From a bacterium (GTDB lineage Bacteria; UBA8248): a stretch of 64,000 nucleotides of DNA. Where the stretch lies: contig OZ242260.1 in assembly GCA_965207065.1 (NCBI GenBank), positions 2,464,001 to 2,528,000 of the forward strand, written 5' to 3'. The translations under genes and the position numbers were made by a program. This document shows, piece by piece, positions 41,201-47,746 of the stretch. Each line of letters opens with the position of its first letter. The stretch's first letter is position 1. The notes under the pieces were generated by a model. It was not told where the DNA came from, ran no database searches, and saw only the letters and a list, made by a program, of their open reading frames with translations.

Positions 41201-41709
41201 CCCCAGCTCGCCTTGAGCATGACGGGAAAACCGACTTCGCGGGCGAGACGCGCGGCCTCGCCCGGGTCGTTGGGGAGCGGGCCGGTCGCCGGAACCACCG
41301 GAACGTCCGCCGACACCGCGAGTTCCCGCGCCGCCACCTTGTTGCCGAGCGCGCGCATGATATCGGGCTTCGGGCCGACGAAGACGACGCCGGCCTCCGC
41401 GCACGCCTCGGCGAAGTCGGGGTTCTCGGCCAGGAAGCCGTAGCCCGGGTGGAACGCATCGGCGCCGTTCTCGCGCGCAACGCGCATCACCTCGTCAATG
41501 CTGAGGTAGGCCTCTATCGGGCCCATCCCCCGGCCCACCTGGTAGGCTTCGTCGGCCTTGAATCGGTGCAGCGCGAAGCGGTCCTCCTGCGAGTAGATCG
41601 CGATCGTTTCAATGCCGAGTTCGACCGAGGCGCGGAACACGCGGATGGCGATTTCGCTCCGGTTGGCGACGAGAATCCGGCGGAAATTGGTCTGCGGCTC
41701 GTTGATCAT
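38245..41709 (-). CDS. pyc: Pyruvate carboxylase
   Basis: Biotin carboxylase (ANRSEIAIR, GGGGRG), carboxyltransferase (RDAHQSLLATR, HTHDT), biotinyl AMKM. Confidence 0.96.
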   Translation of the reverse strand: MINEPQTNFRRILVANRSEIAIRVFRASVELGIETIAIYSQEDRFALHRFKADEAYQVGRGMGPIEAYLSIDEVMRVARENGADAFHPGYGFLAENPDFAEACAEAGVVFVGPKPDIMRALGNKVAARELAVSADVPVVPATGPLPNDPGEAARLAREVGFPVMLKASWGGGGRGMRTIETEAELADAVEAARRECLAAFGNDEVYLEKLILRARHVEVQILGDNHGNLVHLHERDCSVQRRNQKIVEQAPAHYLDGETRAAIHESALKIGRAVGYNNAGTVEFLVDDDTGAFHFIEVNPRIQVEHTVTEVVTGVDLVKAQIRIADGAAIGAPESGIPGQDDIRVNGHAMQCRVTTEDPENNFIPDYGVLTNYRGATGFGIRLDGGTAYSGARITPFYDSLLEKVTAWAPTFEEAMRRMKRAIVEFRIRGVATNLAFLDNVISHPQFIEGACTTRFVDETPELFRFEYRRDRATRLLRYLGEVIVNGNGAVEGRAKPPTHQTPSAPEAPGAEIQDGTRQLLDELGPERFAQWMLEQDRVLMTDTTFRDAHQSLLATRVRSYDLVAVAPFYARMLPRLFSVECWGGATFDVAMRFLGECPWATLERLRAAMPNLLTQMLLRASNGVGYTTYPDNVVRYFVQQSAENGIDIFRIFDSLNWVENMRPAMDAVLETGKLCEAAICYTGDITDPGLTKYDLKYYVALARELEAAGAHILGLKDMAGLCKPAAAKLLVETLKQEIGIPIHYHTHDTSGISAASVLAAVEAGVDAVDAAMDSMSGLTSQPSFGSITAALRHSPRDPGFDPDTVMTLSTYWEQVRNLYRAFESDFRAGTSDVYNHGIPGGQYTNLREQARALGIDNQRWPEVSRAFAEVNRMFGDIVKVTPSSKVVGDMALMMVTGGLTPEDVADPEREIAFPESVVSLFAGELGQPHGGFPRALQEKILKDREPITVRPGSVLPDADLDAGREEAEKGAQRPISDAEFASWLMYPQVFTEYATARRQYSDVSVLPTPVYFYGMEPDEEIAVDIERGRTLFIRYVARSETDSKGECTVFFELNGQPRTVRVADRSAAAAVTALPKAEEGDPGHVGAPMPGMVTKVFFHEGDAVDEGDVLVAIEAMKMETVIRAERGGVVEKVVAPAGTTVDTKDLLVVVGDG

Positions 41710-41800
41710 GTCGTTCCCTTTGCGCTCTCGCGGAACTCTCGTCCGCCAATGTCAGAGGTTATGTCGTCAATGGGTCTTGCTCATCATAATATGGGTGCGA

Positions 41801-42000
41801 GCGCCCCGAACCGAGCGCGTCTGCGTCTTAACCGCCGCCCAGGATCGCCGGCAGGCGCGATTTTTGGGCGCATGACTCCGAGGGCTCCGTTCCCTCCACG
41901 AAGGCTTCCAGTATCGGTTCCCCCTCGCACCAGGCCGAGGGTAAATGGCCGGAGCGCGAATCCACCTTCACCAGTTTGATGCCCGGCGGCGGCTCCGGGT
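41801..42000 (-). pseudogene. Displaced duplicate of the PBP1A 3' end (island boundary repeat)
   Basis: 185/200 identical by manual alignment, no gaps, to 47720-47919; encodes PEPPPGIKLVKVDSRSGHLPSAWC...ILGGG-stop with no start. Confidence 0.9.
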
Positions 42001-42038
42001 CGAAAAAAGGCTCCAGAAATTTGCTTTTCGCGATAAGA

Positions 42039-42947
42039 CTAAACTACTTCTTTCTCTGCTGTGAGTGCTATCTGATCGAAAAAACCTGGTGGCAAGCTCT
42101 TGAAATTCTTTGACTCGTTACCCTCCTGATGCGCAAGGAGTTCGGCAAGCGGGAGTTCGATGAGCTGCGCATTAGGTAAATTTTGACCTGAATGTCTGTA
42201 TATGGTGCGCTTGTATGGCTTCCGGAAAGGGCTCACGGCCTGAGAGCCGCCAAATTTTCCGCAGTTACAGACCACCACATTGCAAAACAACATCCGTCCG
42301 AGTGCTTCAGCCAAGTGGTCGAATGATGTCGTGTCCCTGTTATAGGCGAGGATAAACAGCGTTTGTATTTTGTTGCGATACATAACGATCCGATCCAAGT
42401 CCATGAAGTCGTAACAGATTGCCACCGCGAATTTTCCCAAGTCTGTGCTTTCGAATATCCAAATCGTAGGATCTGACACAAACTTTACGCTAGCACCGGT
42501 AATATCTAGCAACCTTTTTTTTTCACCCGGAGCAGGATAGGTTTTCCCGACGCGCCGAGTTTCTGTGCGTGATGCAATTCGTCGCCCTTTCAACCGCCTA
42601 GGAACGATGACAACAGCTTCGTTTGATACCGCCGGATATGGCTGCGCGAGTTCTATCCGATAATCGAGCCCCGCAATAATAATCGACTCTATTTTATCAG
42701 CCGCCCTCTTAAGTTTACCTTCGAAACCTATGGGTATCGCGAGCTCAGGGAAGAGCACGATATCGGGTTGTCGTTCCATACTTCGTAGCCAAGCCAGATA
42801 ATGCCGAATTTCCTTTTTTGCTCGTTTTTCCTCTAAGAACGACATGCGTACACATTGTTGCCAGTTGCCCGATTTGTCATCAATCCACGCTGCTCTATCG
42901 TCTAGTGAAGTCTGAATGACACCGACAATTAGAGTGTTATTCACCAT
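42039..42947 (-). CDS. Carbon-nitrogen hydrolase (nitrilase fold), RT-associated
   Basis: Glu-Lys-Cys triad motifs IVLFPELAIP, VGKTYP, ICYDF; NVVVCN..GGS; overlaps the RT stop by 11 nt. Confidence 0.88.
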   Translation of the reverse strand: MVNNTLIVGVIQTSLDDRAAWIDDKSGNWQQCVRMSFLEEKRAKKEIRHYLAWLRSMERQPDIVLFPELAIPIGFEGKLKRAADKIESIIIAGLDYRIELAQPYPAVSNEAVVIVPRRLKGRRIASRTETRRVGKTYPAPGEKKRLLDITGASVKFVSDPTIWIFESTDLGKFAVAICYDFMDLDRIVMYRNKIQTLFILAYNRDTTSFDHLAEALGRMLFCNVVVCNCGKFGGSQAVSPFRKPYKRTIYRHSGQNLPNAQLIELPLAELLAHQEGNESKNFKSLPPGFFDQIALTAEKEVV

Positions 42948-45900
42948 AGTCCACCGCTCCTACTCCCTCATCTCGACCTGTGGCGAAGTCACTTAACCGA
43001 AATGGAATCAACTGCCGAGGCTGATTCATTACAACGGCCAATTGGTTGCCCTTAAGAGCATCTTGAGCGTTCTCTATTGCACTTAGCAATTCGTTTGGTC
43101 CGAGCAGCAAAGGTGGATCAAACTCAATATCGTTGGGCTCATTACCGTCTACCCAGCCGAACAGTCCAGGATGAAAAGTTAATGTCCGTGTTTCCGCGCT
43201 GCGAGCACTAAGGCAACCTTCCAGAAGTCGGAGGGTAGGTGAAGAAATCTCTAGCGATTGAAACCAGCGTCTTCGCGGCAACATAAGTATTTGCTCGTTG
43301 CCTCGGATGTTCCACATTCTTAATACCTTGTGATTGAGCTGCAATATGCCCAAAAGTAGGCGTCCCACACCGATGAGTCGTCGCTCCCATTCTTTTAACT
43401 GAAGTCCACCCTGAGTTTCTGTGAAATAGCGGTAGTCTAAAATGGATGTGGCTGAGTCACGCAGCTTGATTCGCCTTGTTTTTGTAGCCTGAACGAAATA
43501 TCGCCACTCTTCCCAACTTACACCTGCCAGAGAACTTTCATAAATAAACGCTGTCTTCCACTCCTCTGGTACCAGGACATTGTTGGGATGGAGACGATCC
43601 AAGAGCTTTTGTTGCACGGTTAAATCATCTACAATAGGCGAGACAAGCTGACGGGTGATCTCAAGTGCAGTCCATTCACTCCGCCTTGGATCGAAAGGGC
43701 TGAACTCTTGCGATATTAATTGCGTCCATTCCAGAAGTGTCATCCAGTCCTGGGATGGAGCTAATAGCGATCGGGCAGCACGTTTGAATGCCGACTTATT
43801 AGAAGAACTAGCTGCTACAATGCGCAAGTCGTTACCATCCATAGTATCACGTAACCAGCCGGAGTCGGTCTCTGGCATCGGCTTCTTTGAATGGAGTAAA
43901 TGAAGCCACCCTTTGTCCGATAGGAACTCGGGATATCTGCGCGCCGCTCGAACATCAATGCCATGAGAGAAAGAAAAAAGCAGTTCAAACCGTTTCCAGG
44001 CTGGGGAAGGTTTGTCATCAGCACTTAGTATGGACTCAGCAAAATGCGCCCAAACACTTGGTCTCTGGCCAGTTTCATGTACCCATGTCTCTGGAGGATC
44101 ATCAAATGACATGCGCACAAACTGGCTGGCTAGACCGTCGAGGCGCGCGCCGAGGCGTGTGTCTGTGATCGTTTGACGAACAACCTCAGCAACCGATAGT
44201 AATGCAACGCCGAATACCTTTCGACTGACGGCATGGAACCACGCTTCGTTCTCGAGTGGCACGAGAAATTTCATGGCGTCGATGTGGCTTAAGTCCTCCA
44301 AATGGCATAAGGCAGCTTTCTGTTCCGACTGTAATGCATCTTCTGCCTGCAATCTTCGGACACTCAGCAATGCACCCCGTGCCAAAATGTGGAGCGATAA
44401 TCCTGCATAATAGTTGCTCCAAACTATATGGCCTTGATCGCGGATTTCCTTTATCCAATTTCCAATTTCGCAAAGTCCCATAAAGCCAGTAACACGGCAG
44501 TACTCGTGAATCCTAAAGAATAAGCGAGGTTTTCCAGGGAATTCACGGAACGCCTGAAGCAGCAAACTGAAGCAATGTCGCAAATGACGCTCTTCGCTCT
44601 TCTTGTCCTCTGCTTGCAAAGTCTCTACCTGTTTCTTCTGCTCTTCCATGGCAGTTCTGTGCTCATCTATTTTCTTCTGTGTTGCAGTTTCTGGATTAGG
44701 GGCTTGAGCTTTGATAATTTCTAGGTTCCGAGCAGCGGCGACAAGACCATCCGCTTCTTGGGCAAGGATGGGTGCTAAATTTGCAATCTGGCCAGCTGCG
44801 AATGCGGCGCGTGTATCTGGGCGGATTTCCCGTTCAGGGATATTGGCTAACAAAAGCCATTCGAGCAGTTTCAGACGTTCCTCAAGATCTTCGTCATCCA
44901 AAATGTCAATATTTGCTGCAGCTATAGCTGAGATCTGTCCGAGCGTTTTCGTAAGGAGCTTAGTAGGATTCCTGCCATCAAACTTGGTGTCGTGGATCGC
45001 GGCCTCCTCAGCTTTCTGTTCTGAGTGTTTCTTTGCTTGTTTTCTCGTACCTTTGGTATTCATCAACGCTTTAGCGCGTGTCTTCATCCACTTCCCAAGG
45101 CTGGTAGGGTCGTACTTTTCGTCATTTACTTCCGCACCGATGTCAAAGTTAGTCAATAAGGTGCAGTACTCGTCGATCCAATTGCAAAGTTCCTCGAAGT
45201 CATATGCAAGTAGTGTGTGGTCATCTACAAATCGAAAATGAGCAATGGATCGCCGATTAATAATGCGGCTGTTGACGATGGTATCTATCGGAAGCATGGC
45301 TGCATTGGCAAGAAATCCCGCCACGAAAAGTCCTGTTGGAATCCCTTGGACTCGTAGACCCCTATATTTGGGCTCGACGTGTTCAAGGGTGTGCGGAGGC
45401 ATTTCAGACTTGTCGAGCCGAAAGTCAAGCATTCCACTAAGTAGATTCTTCATGCGATCATCGAAGCTTTCCGCGGAGGCTAGTCCTTTTAGCACCGCTT
45501 CAGTTTGTAAACTAGGAAAGAATTGCTTCAGATCGATCGATGCGTGAAAAAGTTCGGTCCCGTGTGTTTGCCCCGTTTTCGATTGCCAGAAATGAGCCTT
45601 CAAATATGGCAATTTTTCTTTTTCTGCCGCGATAAAGGCCATTTGATCGCTCTGATCGAGGTTTTCTGGATTCATGGTTCGCGCCATTGTTCGGGCTGTA
45701 AGTGCTACGTGTCGTCTAAAGAGCGGCCAGCTATGCTGAAATTTTCGGTAGAGATAACCGCTGGCATGCCTATACGGCCCGATTTCTAGAGTTGACTGCT
45801 GGTTTTCATCGTTCTCGTACCAAGCTTGCCGATATATACGATTGCCGTAGCTCCATGGTGGCATTTTCAAGTCAAGTTCGGGCCCGAGCGCATTAGCAAT

Positions 45901-46188
45901 GGCAATCCAAGCAACCTGATCATCAATGGCCACATGATAATATTGGCGATTGATTGGTTTTTCGCCCTTAATTTCTTTTGGCCGTGGCAATGGGCGTAGT
46001 TTCTTGGGACGCCAGAAACCCTGTGCAAATTTCTGATGAATTCCGAGCAACCGCTGTTCGAGGTTAAGTTCAAACTCGGCTAACTCACAATTGTCGATGT
46101 AACCGTCAAAAGCGCGATAGAGTCTTTTGGTTTTTAGCCAAGCGTAATTAAGGTTTTCTGGCAGCAATAGTCGATCGTATGCATTCAA
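42937..46188 (-). CDS. Large UG/Abi (DRT-like) reverse transcriptase, 1083 aa
   Basis: NL..AW.K, PRPK, DQV, SYGNR, IDLKQFFPSL, GIPTGLFVAGFLAN, FRFVDD (45220-45231), VNDEK; TTG start overlaps the primase stop. Confidence 0.9.
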   Translation of the reverse strand: MNAYDRLLLPENLNYAWLKTKRLYRAFDGYIDNCELAEFELNLEQRLLGIHQKFAQGFWRPKKLRPLPRPKEIKGEKPINRQYYHVAIDDQVAWIAIANALGPELDLKMPPWSYGNRIYRQAWYENDENQQSTLEIGPYRHASGYLYRKFQHSWPLFRRHVALTARTMARTMNPENLDQSDQMAFIAAEKEKLPYLKAHFWQSKTGQTHGTELFHASIDLKQFFPSLQTEAVLKGLASAESFDDRMKNLLSGMLDFRLDKSEMPPHTLEHVEPKYRGLRVQGIPTGLFVAGFLANAAMLPIDTIVNSRIINRRSIAHFRFVDDHTLLAYDFEELCNWIDEYCTLLTNFDIGAEVNDEKYDPTSLGKWMKTRAKALMNTKGTRKQAKKHSEQKAEEAAIHDTKFDGRNPTKLLTKTLGQISAIAAANIDILDDEDLEERLKLLEWLLLANIPEREIRPDTRAAFAAGQIANLAPILAQEADGLVAAARNLEIIKAQAPNPETATQKKIDEHRTAMEEQKKQVETLQAEDKKSEERHLRHCFSLLLQAFREFPGKPRLFFRIHEYCRVTGFMGLCEIGNWIKEIRDQGHIVWSNYYAGLSLHILARGALLSVRRLQAEDALQSEQKAALCHLEDLSHIDAMKFLVPLENEAWFHAVSRKVFGVALLSVAEVVRQTITDTRLGARLDGLASQFVRMSFDDPPETWVHETGQRPSVWAHFAESILSADDKPSPAWKRFELLFSFSHGIDVRAARRYPEFLSDKGWLHLLHSKKPMPETDSGWLRDTMDGNDLRIVAASSSNKSAFKRAARSLLAPSQDWMTLLEWTQLISQEFSPFDPRRSEWTALEITRQLVSPIVDDLTVQQKLLDRLHPNNVLVPEEWKTAFIYESSLAGVSWEEWRYFVQATKTRRIKLRDSATSILDYRYFTETQGGLQLKEWERRLIGVGRLLLGILQLNHKVLRMWNIRGNEQILMLPRRRWFQSLEISSPTLRLLEGCLSARSAETRTLTFHPGLFGWVDGNEPNDIEFDPPLLLGPNELLSAIENAQDALKGNQLAVVMNQPRQLIPFRLSDFATGRDEGVGAVDYGE

Positions 46189-47243
46189 CTTTGCGCCCTC
46201 CTTTCCATTAGATATTCATTGACATCTTTCACAGTGGGAGAAGGGCATCTCTTCCGCGTTGAAGCTATACCGAACTTACGCATTTCTTTCTGCAGATCAG
46301 CAGCACCTGTTTCCCCGGATGAATCCCAATCCAAGAGAATAACGACCTGCTTTCCGCGCAACTGGCTGAGCTGTTCTTTGTTCAACTTTGCATTAGCACC
46401 GATTAATCCGATGGCACCATATCCAAGCTCAATTGCAGACAGAGTGTCTATGACACCTTCGCAAATGGCAAATAGTCTGCACCGGGTATCGAGCAGTGCG
46501 CCTATGTTATAAATGCGACGCTTGCGATGATTGAGATTGCGCCACTTTCCTCGATTTTCAGTTCCTGGAAGCAGACGCGACTGGAAATATGTAATTTGAC
46601 CGTTCTCGATAAAAGGGAACAAAAGGCTATTTTCAGGAAATATGAATAAACTGTTTTTCGTGGTCGATTTATTGGCAAGCAAGCCTGCAGTTTCAAGCCG
46701 CTGATAGCCAAAGGTGCGGATCAACGTATTAAGAATGGCCCTGCGATTTGATATCTGCCCGATGCGGAAGTCAGATATCTTCTCCTCTGATAGGCCCCTT
46801 TTGACCAAGTATTTCAGCCCACTTTTTTGCAGCGGCGCACGCTGGAGAAGTTTTTCATACACTTCATAGTCCGGTGGGGACTCAGCTAATTCATGTGTCA
46901 CAGGAGACGATGGTTTGGCTATAGGCATTACGCGGGAACCGTAACTCGTTGGCGGCAATGTTGTAGTGTCCATTTCTACACGAGCTGCGAGCCACCGTTT
47001 CGCCTCTGAAAAGTTGATACGATGATAGAACTTTACAAGATCGATTGCTCCTCCTTTGCGCCCACACCCATAGCAAATCCAGCGATTAACCAAGTTTCCT
47101 ATTACGAATGAGGGTGATTTATCAGCGTGATCCGGAAACGGACAGTGAGCAGATCCACGGAACGGAAGCTGCAACCCAAGTAAATTCCCAACGAATTGGA
47201 TAGGCATGCGATTGAGTGTTTCAGTGTCTTCACGAAAACCCAT
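46185..47243 (-). CDS. DnaG-like primase (CHC2 zinc finger plus TOPRIM), no helicase-binding domain
   Basis: CPFPDH.DKSPSF..CYGCG..GGAID; CEGVID; LDWDSSG; KDVNEYL. Confidence 0.9.
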   Translation of the reverse strand: MGFREDTETLNRMPIQFVGNLLGLQLPFRGSAHCPFPDHADKSPSFVIGNLVNRWICYGCGRKGGAIDLVKFYHRINFSEAKRWLAARVEMDTTTLPPTSYGSRVMPIAKPSSPVTHELAESPPDYEVYEKLLQRAPLQKSGLKYLVKRGLSEEKISDFRIGQISNRRAILNTLIRTFGYQRLETAGLLANKSTTKNSLFIFPENSLLFPFIENGQITYFQSRLLPGTENRGKWRNLNHRKRRIYNIGALLDTRCRLFAICEGVIDTLSAIELGYGAIGLIGANAKLNKEQLSQLRGKQVVILLDWDSSGETGAADLQKEMRKFGIASTRKRCPSPTVKDVNEYLMERRAQS

Positions 47244-47698
47244 GTGTCATGTCCTTAGGATATCAGACTCTGAGTGTAGCCAATACAACTTCATCTGTGT
47301 GTCACTCGTCCAAGTTTAGGACATATTTTGACACTGGGGTTTTGTCGGCAACCTGTTGCAAAAGGTTCTTTATTTGTGATTTTCAATGCTCAGCTTTCTC
47401 TATTATGGTTCTTGCAAACTACAACTTGGCAGAAACAAGCGTGTCCTGTGTCGTGCGAAATTGACAATTTGAATGTCCAATTGCATGCAAAGTTTAAGGC
47501 GCAGTCTGACACTGCCGTCAAAAAAATTATTAAGGTAAATTCCTATATTTCAGGCATTCACGTTTTTTGAAGATCGGCACGCTCTATTTAACGACGGATG
47601 CGGGACAATGCGCACCGGAAAGAAAACCACACACGTTGCTCCAGGTTCTTAGACGAAGGCGAATCTGCACCCCTGAGGCAATCCGCGATAGGCCGATA

Positions 47699-47720
47699 CG
47701 CATTCGTGGCGTCGAATGCG
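47699..47720 (-). terminator. Hairpin downstream of the PBP1A stop at the island edge
   Basis: CGCATTCG-TGGCGT-CGAATGCG perfect 8-bp stem; no U-tract. Confidence 0.4.
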
Positions 47721-47746
47721 CGCCCCGAACCGAGCGCGTAGACGTC

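Larger units (their letters stand above)
42001..47719. mobile_element. AT-rich genomic islet (putative defence cassette) between 200-bp direct repeats; no integrase
   Basis: Abrupt compositional shift at both edges; direct repeats at 41801-42000 and 47720-47919. Confidence 0.8.

Noticed and set aside
39787-41979. 730-aa plus-strand ORF and other long antisense ORFs (e.g. 5441-6961, 12896-14290, 16127-17425)
   Set aside because: Shadow frames of well-supported genes in GC-rich DNA; no recognisable motifs
42937-46188. RT as a group II intron, retron or DGR enzyme
   Set aside because: Size, SYGNR/FVDD motifs and the nitrilase partner fit UG/Abi RTs; no maturase/intron ends, VTG motif, avd gene or TR/VR pair seen
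46185-47243. Housekeeping dnaG or plasmid replication primase
   Set aside because: Lacks the C-terminal helicase-binding region, is not in an rpsU-dnaG-rpoD context, has no helicase or rep neighbours, and is coupled to the RT
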